From NCBI GenBank assembly GCA_041665545.1, contig JBAYIQ010000001.1:137911-201910 (forward strand): a stretch of 64,000 bases of DNA, in the 5' to 3' direction. The notes below the pieces were generated by a model, which searched no databases, was not told the DNA's origin, and was given only the letters and a program-made list of their open reading frames with translations. Each line of letters opens with the position of its first letter. Position 1 is the first letter of the stretch. The DNA is from Patescibacteria group bacterium (GTDB lineage: Bacteria; Patescibacteriota; Patescibacteriia; UBA1558; GWA2-36-10). A program made the position numbers and the translations under genes. Positions 1 through 8,469 of this stretch are shown here, piece by piece.

Positions 1-4
1 ATAC

Positions 5-1024
5 GTGTCTTGGACAAAAAAATTGGAAATTTATTCTGGAGAAACTACTTTTGCTGAAGATATTGTTTTATTTTTGGACAACCGAGAAAAAACCCATCTA
101 TCAGCCGGCAGTAATACTTGGATTATCAACAAACAACAAAACCAATATGGCTTTTTTGACTCGGAAAATAATCTAAATATCACCGACATTGAGCAGGAAA
201 AATCCCAAGTGGCCTTCAAATTCACGGAAAAATACCAATTAGTTGATTGGTCGCCGAACAACCAAGAAATTTTGCTAAGTCTCAAAAATGTTTATTATTT
301 ATTTAACTTGGACCAAAAAAATCTGCGCCAGTTAAATATCATTGCTCCGGATAAAATAATTTGGGACAACAATGATGCTGGTTTAATCTGGTACCAAAAA
401 AATAAAAAAATATATCGTCACTACACTAATCAGCCCGATGCCAAAGACCAAGCAATAAGCGTTGATTTATCTTTTGTTGACTTTGATGTTGTTGGCGATT
501 ATTTATTGACTCTAAGCACTGATGACAAAACCTTTCAATTCCAAAAAATAAAAAAAACCGATTTCTCAATAGCTGATAAAATAGAAAATCTTAACAAAGG
601 CGCGCTCAAGGCCTGGCAAGCAGATGACAAATTAAGTATATTTGCTTTGGGTGCTGGATTATACATCAAAAAAGCTGACACCAACCCCACAATCATCCCC
701 CACACCGTGGCTGATATTCATGATGACCGGATTTTATTTACCAATGGCTATGAGACCAGTGTTTATAATTTTAAAGAAGACTGGTCAACGCTTATTGATC
801 GCTCTACCAAAATTGTCACTGATGTCCTCTGGCATCCCAATGGCAGTTATTTCTTGAGCGAGAGCAATGATCAGACATTTATTACCGAGATTGATGGCCG
901 TGACAAAAGAAATACTATTTCCATCTTAGAAAATCCTCTAAAGAAATTATACCTGTTCAACAATAAAGGTGATAAATTATTTATTCTGACACCTGACGAA
1001 AATTTTTATTTGACGATACAATAA
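5..1024 (+). CDS. hypothetical protein, possibly beta-propeller-like; may continue upstream of the window
   Basis: 339-aa ORF starting at window edge; no recognisable catalytic motif; ends at hairpin terminator 1046-1078. Confidence 0.45.
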   Translation: MSWTKKLEIYSGETTFAEDIVLFLDNREKTHLSAGSNTWIINKQQNQYGFFDSENNLNITDIEQEKSQVAFKFTEKYQLVDWSPNNQEILLSLKNVYYLFNLDQKNLRQLNIIAPDKIIWDNNDAGLIWYQKNKKIYRHYTNQPDAKDQAISVDLSFVDFDVVGDYLLTLSTDDKTFQFQKIKKTDFSIADKIENLNKGALKAWQADDKLSIFALGAGLYIKKADTNPTIIPHTVADIHDDRILFTNGYETSVYNFKEDWSTLIDRSTKIVTDVLWHPNGSYFLSESNDQTFITEIDGRDKRNTISILENPLKKLYLFNNKGDKLFILTPDENFYLTIQ

Positions 1025-1045
1025 AGTAAAAAAAATAACATTAAA

Positions 1046-1078
1046 GATCCACAAGTTAAAATGTGGATTTTTTAGTTA
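1046..1078 (+). terminator. rho-independent terminator (ATCCACA-loop-TGTGGAT + T-run)
   Basis: inverted repeat atccacaagttaaaatgtggat followed by ttttt. Confidence 0.55.
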
Positions 1079-1093
1079 TACACAGGCAAAGAC

Positions 1094-1123
1094 TTGACGT
1101 TCGCTTTTTGTTCGGTATATAAT
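1094..1123 (+). promoter_or_regulatory. sigma70-like promoter (TTGACG-17-TATAAT) with tandem GTTCG repeats in the spacer; candidate LexA operator
   Basis: ttgacgttcgctttttgttcggtatataat directly upstream of lexA; CGAAC direct repeats overlap -35/-10. Confidence 0.45.
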
Positions 1124-1307
1124 ATAAGTACAAAGTAACAAGTAGAAAGTAGAAAGTTACGACGACCCCCCCCGCAAGCTTTATGGTATACACAGCTAGA
1201 TGTCATGTAATAAATCATAAGACACATACTACGCATATACTTTTAACTTTACCGCCCAAAGGGCGGTCGCCCTGTGGGCGATACTTTCTACTTTTAACTA
1301 AAAACAT

Positions 1308-1910
1308 ATGTCTCACATTACAAAAAAACAAAAATTGATGCTGGATTACATTACCGAGTTTATTCAGCTCAATGGCTATGCTCCTAGCTACCGAGAAATA
1401 GCCGAATACTTTGGCCTATCCTCTACGGCCACAGTCCATGACCATGTGCGCGCTTTAGAAGACAAGGGCTTAATCACCAGCACTCACAATGCTGCCCGCT
1501 CTCTCGAGCTAGTCAAATTCCGCTTTGGTAAGGCCATAGAATTGCCTCTAGTAGGCTTGATTGCCGCTGGTGAGCCAATTGAGGCCATTGAGCAAAACGA
1601 AACCATTACAGTGCCCCAAAGCATGGCTAGGGATGAAAACAGCTATGTCTTGAAAGTACGCGGTGATTCTATGATTGAAGATGGTATTTTGGATGGCGAC
1701 TATGTGATTGTCGAGCGTAGCTTTTACCCACAAAATGGCGATGTTGTGGTAGCCCTGCTGGATAACACCTATGCCACCCTAAAGCGTTATTACCGAGAAA
1801 AAGACCGCATCCGGCTACAGCCAGCCAATAGGACTATGCAACCCATTTATGACAAAAACCCAGCCATCCAAGGTATAGTCAGAGGCGTCTTAAGAACTTT
1901 CAACCAATAA
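1308..1910 (+). CDS. lexA: LexA repressor (SOS regulator, S24 peptidase)
   Basis: N-terminal wHTH; Ala-Gly cleavage site (LIAAGEPIEA); catalytic Ser (RGDSMIEDGI) and Lys (TLKRY) spacing typical of LexA. Confidence 0.9.
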   Translation: MSHITKKQKLMLDYITEFIQLNGYAPSYREIAEYFGLSSTATVHDHVRALEDKGLITSTHNAARSLELVKFRFGKAIELPLVGLIAAGEPIEAIEQNETITVPQSMARDENSYVLKVRGDSMIEDGILDGDYVIVERSFYPQNGDVVVALLDNTYATLKRYYREKDRIRLQPANRTMQPIYDKNPAIQGIVRGVLRTFNQ

Positions 1911-2110
1911 TATGCCAAAAAGAAAACTAAAATTTTGGTACCGCAAAATGATGTTACATCAGGAAAATGAGCTGCTTAAAAAATATTCTCGTAAGATTAT
2001 GGTCCATCGCTATCTTAATTTTCTGCCAAAAAAACAGCTTTTAAAAATCATATAGTGCCTGCGAGTCAGGCCTACTGACTAGCGTCCAATCTGGAAACTA
2101 TTTAGTGGGC

Positions 2111-2139
2111 TTGACTTTTTTATATATTTCCATTATACT
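2111..2139 (+). promoter_or_regulatory. promoter TTGACT-17-TATACT for rpmA
   Basis: cttgacttttttatatatttccattatact 35 nt upstream of rpmA start. Confidence 0.5.
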
Positions 2140-2174
2140 ATTTTTACATTTTTAACATCTAATTTAATAAAAGT

Positions 2175-2453
2175 ATGGCACATAAGAAATCCCAAGGATC
2201 TACAACTCTCGGCCGTGATTCCCAAGCCCAGCGTCTAGGAGTCAAGTTATTTGCTGGCCAAGTAGCCAAAGCTGGCTCTATTTTGGTACGCCAAAGAGGC
2301 ACCAAGTTTAAACCGGGCTTGAATGTAAAACGCGGTAAAGATGACACTTTGTTTGCTACAGTTGCTGGCGCAATTAAATTCCGCACAGTCAAAAAACCTC
2401 GTTTTGACAGTAGTCTAAAAAATATGCGCTATATTGATGTAGTCGCCAAATAA
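2175..2453 (+). CDS. rpmA: 50S ribosomal protein L27
   Basis: [39 protein letters not shown] matches L27 signature. Confidence 0.9.
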   Translation: MAHKKSQGSTTLGRDSQAQRLGVKLFAGQVAKAGSILVRQRGTKFKPGLNVKRGKDDTLFATVAGAIKFRTVKKPRFDSSLKNMRYIDVVAK

Positions 2454-2465
2454 TTTTTTATACTT

Positions 2466-2506
2466 AAAAACAGCCCCGCACCGTATGGTGTGGGGCTGTT
2501 TTTTTA
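2466..2506. terminator. bidirectional GC hairpin terminator (repeat copy 1 of 2; see 8427-8466)
   Basis: aaaaacagccccgcaccgtatggtgtggggctgttttttt; near-identical to element at 8427-8466. Confidence 0.6.
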
Positions 2507-2516
2507 AATAACTATT

Positions 2517-3437
2517 TTATTGAGATTTCAAATATTTTCTGACCGCAAAAATTGTACTTATGCTGTTTAAGAAAGCTAGAGCCAAAAACTGGCCACCAAA
2601 AATAACCCAGAACTTACTATGAAAATAATTGGTTAAATTAATAACCTCACTGCCCTGATAATAGACATTGAGTGAGGGCTGTAAAAAGTTAGCGGCTGTA
2701 AAGACAACCAAAACAACCAAGATCAGGGCTAACAAGGCATAAAGCAAACTCTCAATGATAAACGGTATTTGCACAAACCAATTGCTAGCGCCAACTAATT
2801 TAATTATTATAATCTCATCTTTCCGGGTATAAATACTCATGCGGATAGTGTTGAAAATCACAATAGCGGAAATAAGTATAAATATGCCAATGATATACCA
2901 GCTATAACGATTGACTGAATCGGAAATTTTATTGATCTGAGAAATAAATTGTTCATAATTATGAAAGGCACTACTCTCTACTATGGTTTTATACTTATCC
3001 TGCTGTATAAAAGTCAATATTGTTTGGTACTGATTCAAATCATAAGCGTTGACTGCTAGATTATAGGAAAAGGGGTTTTCATTCTCACCAAAAATATCCA
3101 AGGCCTTAAGTACCGAACTGTCGGCATTACGCTCTTGAAAAAGTTTTTTATTGTCCTCTGGTGTGATGATAGTAACTTTTTTTACCTCGGGCAAATACTT
3201 CAGATCATCGTATAGGGCATCAAGATTTTCCTTACTGACATTGGGCTTTAGTGACACCAAAATATCTACCTTCTGCTCGACGCCCTGTAAAGTAGCTTGC
3301 TTCAAATAATCAATGCCCAAAAGAAAAGTGACCGAAAATAAAGACAAAAACATCATGGTCACGGTGACTAGGGTCAGCCAAAAATTTCGAAAAAATCCCT
3401 GCAAAGCAAACTTGATGATTCTAAAAAAACTATACAT
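2517..3437 (-). CDS. ftsX: cell division permease FtsX
   Basis: 4-TM FtsX-like permease with large periplasmic loop; directly downstream of ftsE; C-terminal LVGASNWFVQIPFIIE motif region. Confidence 0.8.
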   Translation of the reverse strand: MYSFFRIIKFALQGFFRNFWLTLVTVTMMFLSLFSVTFLLGIDYLKQATLQGVEQKVDILVSLKPNVSKENLDALYDDLKYLPEVKKVTIITPEDNKKLFQERNADSSVLKALDIFGENENPFSYNLAVNAYDLNQYQTILTFIQQDKYKTIVESSAFHNYEQFISQINKISDSVNRYSWYIIGIFILISAIVIFNTIRMSIYTRKDEIIIIKLVGASNWFVQIPFIIESLLYALLALILVVLVVFTAANFLQPSLNVYYQGSEVINLTNYFHSKFWVIFGGQFLALAFLNSISTIFAVRKYLKSQ

Positions 3438-3442
3438 ATTTT

Positions 3443-4123
3443 TTATAATAAATAACGACCGTGCGTTTGATCACTGATCACATAACCATGATCTAAGGTT
3501 ATGACGCGACTCTTTAAATTATTAACCACATCCCGATTGTGAGTCACCAGCAAAACAGTAGTGCCCATACTATTTATTTTTTTCAACAAGTCAATAATAT
3601 CTCGCGTATTGATAGAATCCAAATTTCCAGTCGGTTCATCGGCCACTAGTAGTTTTGGCTTGTGCACCAAGCTACGACCAATAGCTACTCTCTGCTGTTC
3701 ACCGCCAGATAATTGATGGGGATAGCGATCGCCCTTGTCTTTGAGGCCAACCAGGGAAAGCATCTGTTGGGCTGTTTTGATAATTTCTTTTGGCTTATAG
3801 CCACAAACCTCCAAAGCAAAGGCAATATTTTCATAGGCCGTTTTTTTCGGCAACAACTTATAATCTTGAAAAATTATTCCCAATTGCCTACGCAAGGTTG
3901 GTATCTCATAATCCTTAATATTAGTAATGTCCCAGCCCCCTATTATTATTTTGCCAGAAGTGACTTTTTCTTCAGCAATAATTAACTTAATCAGGGTGGA
4001 TTTTCCACTACCGCTTTGACCAACTACAGAAATAAACTCACCTGGCAATACTTTCAAACTAACATCCTTTAGGGCCTGAATATTTTTTTTGTAAATTTTC
4101 GATAAATTAGTTATTTCAATCAT
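3443..4123 (-). CDS. ftsE: cell division ABC ATPase FtsE
   Basis: Walker A GQSGSGKST, signature LSGGEQQRVAIGR, Walker B LLVADEPTGNLD, about 226 aa. Confidence 0.9.
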   Translation of the reverse strand: MIEITNLSKIYKKNIQALKDVSLKVLPGEFISVVGQSGSGKSTLIKLIIAEEKVTSGKIIIGGWDITNIKDYEIPTLRRQLGIIFQDYKLLPKKTAYENIAFALEVCGYKPKEIIKTAQQMLSLVGLKDKGDRYPHQLSGGEQQRVAIGRSLVHKPKLLVADEPTGNLDSINTRDIIDLLKKINSMGTTVLLVTHNRDVVNNLKSRVITLDHGYVISDQTHGRYLL

Positions 4124-5070
4124 ATTGGTTCAACTTTTACATATATTAAGCCTGCCCCCAAAGAAGCAATTTGTTTAAAAGCTGTTTTGTCCATATCAAT
4201 CAAACGATTGGTCTTGGACTCTGGCCCATAATCATTGACAGTGACAATAACTGATTTGCCACTCAACAAACGCGTAACTTTCAACTTAGTTCCTTTTGGA
4301 TATTGGCGCGAAGCAGCATAAAGACCATTTTTATACCCAAAGCTACGATACCTAGACTGGTCATAAAAACTAGCCACACCATCATTGGCTGTTTCATCTT
4401 CAAAAACCGCCAAATAAATCGGCCCTGTTAATTTACTGAATGTCTGTTTCAAAAATTTTTCTTCCACATTGTTGTAGGCCCCTAACTTTAACCAAGTTTG
4501 CAATGACGGATCATATTGAAAAATTTGTTTATGCCAATTACTAGTACTTTGATAATAAAATTTTATGGCCAAATCATTTTTTTGAGAATCTAACTGATAA
4601 ACTCTTGATATCAGTTTAATATTTTCTGGCAGTTGGTAATCAGAGTATTCTGCAATATTAACCAGCTCTTTATCTTTGTCAACTACAATTTCTACTGGTA
4701 AAGAAGAACTGTCGGTGTTCTTTTTTAAATAAATTTTGTTATTCTTTATAGTGCTATTATCCAAAACCTGCCAATTATTTTGATCCGGGCTATATAACCA
4801 GGATTCAGCTGAGCTCAAAGAAAAAGCTGGCGTGGAATTTGATGGATAAAGCCCTAACTCAAATACGTTATTTGACACTGGATGCCAATCCACCACCCAC
4901 TGTTTTATTTCCTTATCCCAATCAACTAAAGTCAAATTTATACTGCCGACCGATATTTTATGAAAAAAATCCGTGTTAATAACATCAACATCCGCCTGAG
5001 CTGATGAAGCCAAAATACCAAAAAAACTAAATAGTATTAAATATTTTAATTTGTGTTTTATTTGTACCAT
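4120..5070 (-). CDS. secreted RlpA-like double-psi beta-barrel (DPBB) protein, putative cell-wall lytic/binding factor
   Basis: signal peptide; C-terminal GVASFYD..AASRQYPKGTKLKVTRLLSGKSVIVTVNDYGP..RLIDMDKTAFKQIA aligns with RlpA DPBB (ASWYG..VRVTNL.NGRSVVVRVNDRGP..RIIDLS). Confidence 0.7.
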   Translation of the reverse strand: MVQIKHKLKYLILFSFFGILASSAQADVDVINTDFFHKISVGSINLTLVDWDKEIKQWVVDWHPVSNNVFELGLYPSNSTPAFSLSSAESWLYSPDQNNWQVLDNSTIKNNKIYLKKNTDSSSLPVEIVVDKDKELVNIAEYSDYQLPENIKLISRVYQLDSQKNDLAIKFYYQSTSNWHKQIFQYDPSLQTWLKLGAYNNVEEKFLKQTFSKLTGPIYLAVFEDETANDGVASFYDQSRYRSFGYKNGLYAASRQYPKGTKLKVTRLLSGKSVIVTVNDYGPESKTNRLIDMDKTAFKQIASLGAGLIYVKVEPI

Positions 5071-5978
5071 TGATTTATTTGGGAGTTATTTTTCCAATCG
5101 GAAAAAAATTCATCCATACTCTTGGCCTTGATAGCGATGCCTCTTAATTCTTTAACCTCTTGCTTGGTTTCTGGATCAATACTATTACCTTGCAAACGCC
5201 ATATTATGTAATAACTAGGATTGCCGGGTAAAGTCATAATTTTGGTATATTCTCCGGGTTGCAAATTTTTTATTGGTTCACCAAACTCTCCCAGTTGATC
5301 AGTATTGACAAACATACTATCTTCAACATAAGTCATATCATCAGAAAACTCTTTGGCCACTTCTCCAAAATCTTTTTTATTATCAACTAGAGCTTGGTAG
5401 GCATTTTGAGCTTTTTGCATACCAGCCAAATCATTAAAATTATCCAATAAATACTTGTAAACCCTGGCTTCCCTAATCGCTGGTCTAACTACAAAATTTT
5501 CATAATCAGAGACATTAATCTTGGCTTTTTGCAGGCCTTGTTGCAAATTATCCTTACCACCCATGCTTTCATAAAAATCAGCTATATCTTGATCATTGAT
5601 GGTGATTTTATTATTTTTGGCAATACTTGCAACCCAAGTCTGGCGCAGAATCTTGTCCCAAGCAATTTCTTTAACCTGTTGGTCACTGGTTGTAAATTCT
5701 TCGCCTTGAGCAGTTGCTTGTTTTTTTAAATAATCAAAAGCAAAATTTTCATCACTAATATAATCCGCTAAAGCAATATTTATATTACCACTAGAATTAA
5801 TAACATTTCCGGCTGATAAATGATAAATTCTAGCAAATAGCGTGGCCACATCGCCAGTAAATTTTTTGGCGTAAATCATCCGAATCGTCCACCACTGGCT
5901 AGCCACAATCAAAATAAGCGCTGCTACAAGCAAGATTACGGTCTTTTTTTTAAAACTTACAATATTAAACTTTTTCAT
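5058..5978 (-). CDS. membrane-anchored periplasmic protein, possibly SurA-N-terminal-like chaperone domain
   Basis: N-terminal TM anchor; no parvulin motif seen; in operon between ftsB and RlpA-like gene. Confidence 0.4.
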   Translation of the reverse strand: MKKFNIVSFKKKTVILLVAALILIVASQWWTIRMIYAKKFTGDVATLFARIYHLSAGNVINSSGNINIALADYISDENFAFDYLKKQATAQGEEFTTSDQQVKEIAWDKILRQTWVASIAKNNKITINDQDIADFYESMGGKDNLQQGLQKAKINVSDYENFVVRPAIREARVYKYLLDNFNDLAGMQKAQNAYQALVDNKKDFGEVAKEFSDDMTYVEDSMFVNTDQLGEFGEPIKNLQPGEYTKIMTLPGNPSYYIIWRLQGNSIDPETKQEVKELRGIAIKAKSMDEFFSDWKNNSQINQWYK

Positions 5979-6367
5979 TTAAAAAAATAATTAAACCATT
6001 TAACATAATTTGGCGATGATTTGGCTAACTCTGTTTGAACTGAACCTGCAGTGCTAGAGACAAAATTTATCTGCTTTTCTCCGGGCTTTACTAAATTGAG
6101 CTTAGTCCTAGCTTCTTTTTCTATATACTGGTCAGTCTTAAGATAAGCTATCATATTTCCAATTTTATCGGACTTGCTTTCCAAATCATTGAGTTGATTT
6201 TCTAGGGTCCTGATTTCTTTATTGATTTCGTAGCGCACCATTGCTTCACGAAAAACTTTGACAACAGACAAAACTAATAATACAACTAAAATCAAATTAA
6301 CAAATCGGGACTCAAAAAAAGCCCTGACGGAATCTTTTTTTTTGCTTTGACCTATCATCTTCTGCAA
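5975..6367 (-). CDS. ftsB: septum formation initiator FtsB/DivIC family
   Basis: single TM + coiled coil + YIEKEARTKLNLVKPGE motif typical of DivIC/FtsB. Confidence 0.7.
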   Translation of the reverse strand: MQKMIGQSKKKDSVRAFFESRFVNLILVVLLVLSVVKVFREAMVRYEINKEIRTLENQLNDLESKSDKIGNMIAYLKTDQYIEKEARTKLNLVKPGEKQINFVSSTAGSVQTELAKSSPNYVKWFNYFFK

Positions 6368-6463
6368 AAAGCATTTATATAATTATAACACAAAAGGACT
6401 TTTTTTCAAAAGTTTCTTTGCTAGCACGAAAAAAAGTGCTATAATATAAACAAATAAAAATAA

Positions 6464-7384
6464 ATGCAAATTAACCAAATCAAAACAAAAAAAATGACTT
6501 GGCTGCATATCAGCAAGCCAACGCCAGCTGATATAGAATATCTGCGCACTGAATACCAGTTTCACCCACTTGACCTTGAGGATTGCATTGGTCGTATTCA
6601 ACGGCCACAAATCAGCGAATACCCTCACTATCTTTTCTTTATTTTAACTTTTCCTTTTTACGATCGAAAAAATAGAGTAATCGAATCCAGCGAAATGGAT
6701 TTTTTTATTGGACCAAAATATTTGATCACTATCAGTGACAGCCTGACCCAAGTGGTGGACAACTTTTTTCACGACATGCAAAAAAATGACTATAGTCAGG
6801 ATCAATACATGCAAGATCATCCTGTTTTTCTACTTTATGAAATACTGCACCGCCTGCAAAATTATACTATGCCCATGCTAGATCACGTCAATCATGATAT
6901 TGAAGAAATGGAACACAATATTTTTGCTGGCAAAGAAAAAATAGTGGCCAAAGAAATTCTCAACATCAAAAGAAACATTGTGAACTTACGCAAAATAATG
7001 CAGGCCCACAAAAATATAATAAAAAAACTGATGGCCAGCAACACCAAAGTTTTTATGCCTGACAACACTCAGATATATTTTTCTAACATTTTGGACCGCA
7101 CTAAGGATATTTGGGATATCTTAGAAACACAAAAAGAAAACATTTCCGCCTTTCAGGAAGCCAATGAATCACTGATGTCTTACAAGTTGAATGAAATAAT
7201 CCGCGTGCTAACTATAATCTCAGTGGTCTTGATGCCGGCCAATTTATTGGCTGTTATCTTTGGCATGAAGAGTGAGGCCACACCGATTGTCGGCGCACGC
7301 TTTGATTTTTATATTATTGTCTCTATAATGCTGGTAATAATGGTGGGACTACTCAGCTACTTCAAAAAAAAGGATTGGCTATGA
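6464..7384 (+). CDS. corA: CorA-family Mg2+/Co2+ transporter
   Basis: about 300 aa, two C-terminal TMs with GMK (GMN-like) motif IFGMKSE after first TM. Confidence 0.75.
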   Translation: MQINQIKTKKMTWLHISKPTPADIEYLRTEYQFHPLDLEDCIGRIQRPQISEYPHYLFFILTFPFYDRKNRVIESSEMDFFIGPKYLITISDSLTQVVDNFFHDMQKNDYSQDQYMQDHPVFLLYEILHRLQNYTMPMLDHVNHDIEEMEHNIFAGKEKIVAKEILNIKRNIVNLRKIMQAHKNIIKKLMASNTKVFMPDNTQIYFSNILDRTKDIWDILETQKENISAFQEANESLMSYKLNEIIRVLTIISVVLMPANLLAVIFGMKSEATPIVGARFDFYIIVSIMLVIMVGLLSYFKKKDWL

Positions 7385-7453
7385 TTCTTGCCAATACAGC
7401 TTTTATCTGCTATAAATAATCCCAACTTTCCAATTGGGATTTTTGAATAATTT

Positions 7454-8425
7454 ATGGATAATTTTTGGGAAAAACTTAAACCACCCATTCTGACCACCAC
7501 GCCAATGGCGGGAATTACTGACTCGGCCTGGCGCCAACTCTGCAAAAAATGGGGTGCTGATGTGGTTTATACTGAATTCGTGTCGGTCGATGCTCTGTTT
7601 TATGATAGCAAAAAAACCTTGCAAATGCTGGAGTACAAAGCTAGTGAACAGCCAATTGTTGCCCAAATCTTTGGCAAAAGAAGCGATTTGTACCCCAAGG
7701 CCGCTAAACTAATTGAAAAACTCGGTTTTACTGGCGTGGACATAAATTTCGGCTGTCCAGCCAAAAAAGTAGCTGGCCATGGCGGTGGTATATGCCTACT
7801 CCGCGATATGGATACTGTCAAAAAAATAGTAGCCAATACTATTGAAGCAGTGACAATTCCAGTTTCCATAAAAACTAGAATTAGCTTGAATGCTGTGTCT
7901 GGATCTCCAGAAAAGGGAAAAATTACGGCCGTAGATTTATTAGATGCCTTGCAGGATTGTCCCCTAGCCGCGATTATTGTCCATGGACGCACCTATGAAA
8001 CTCCTTTTGCTGGCCCTGTTGACTTAGAAATGTTAAAAAATTTGCGTGAAAAATTCACTAAAGGAATATTTTTAATCAATGGCTCTTTTCAAAGTGTAGA
8101 ATCAGTAGTCAGTGATTTACAATACACCCAAGCTGATGGCATTGCCTTGGCTAGATCGCTCTATGGTAGGCCATGGATATTCAAACAAATCAAAGATTAT
8201 TTATTGACTGGGCAGTATCAAGAAATTACTTGGCCGGAAATAAAAGCTACTGCTATTGAGCATGCTCACCTGCTCTACGAAAATAAAGGGCCAAAAGGTT
8301 TTCAAGAAATGCGTAAACATTTATTATTTTATGCCAAAGGCCATCCTCAGGCCAGCTCACTCCGATACAGTTTGGTAAGAGTAAACACTCCACAAGAAGT
8401 AGAAAAAATATTCTCGGAAATATAA
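7454..8425 (+). CDS. dus: tRNA-dihydrouridine synthase
   Basis: TTPMAGITDSAWRQL, FGCPAKKV, TIM-barrel Dus motifs. Confidence 0.85.
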   Translation: MDNFWEKLKPPILTTTPMAGITDSAWRQLCKKWGADVVYTEFVSVDALFYDSKKTLQMLEYKASEQPIVAQIFGKRSDLYPKAAKLIEKLGFTGVDINFGCPAKKVAGHGGGICLLRDMDTVKKIVANTIEAVTIPVSIKTRISLNAVSGSPEKGKITAVDLLDALQDCPLAAIIVHGRTYETPFAGPVDLEMLKNLREKFTKGIFLINGSFQSVESVVSDLQYTQADGIALARSLYGRPWIFKQIKDYLLTGQYQEITWPEIKATAIEHAHLLYENKGPKGFQEMRKHLLFYAKGHPQASSLRYSLVRVNTPQEVEKIFSEI

Positions 8426-8426
8426 A

Positions 8427-8466
8427 AAACAGCCCTGCACCGTACGGTGCAGGGCTGTTTTTATTT
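8427..8466. terminator. bidirectional GC hairpin terminator (repeat copy 2 of 2)
   Basis: aaaaaacagccctgcaccgtacggtgcagggctgtttttattt. Confidence 0.6.
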
Positions 8467-8469
8467 ATA

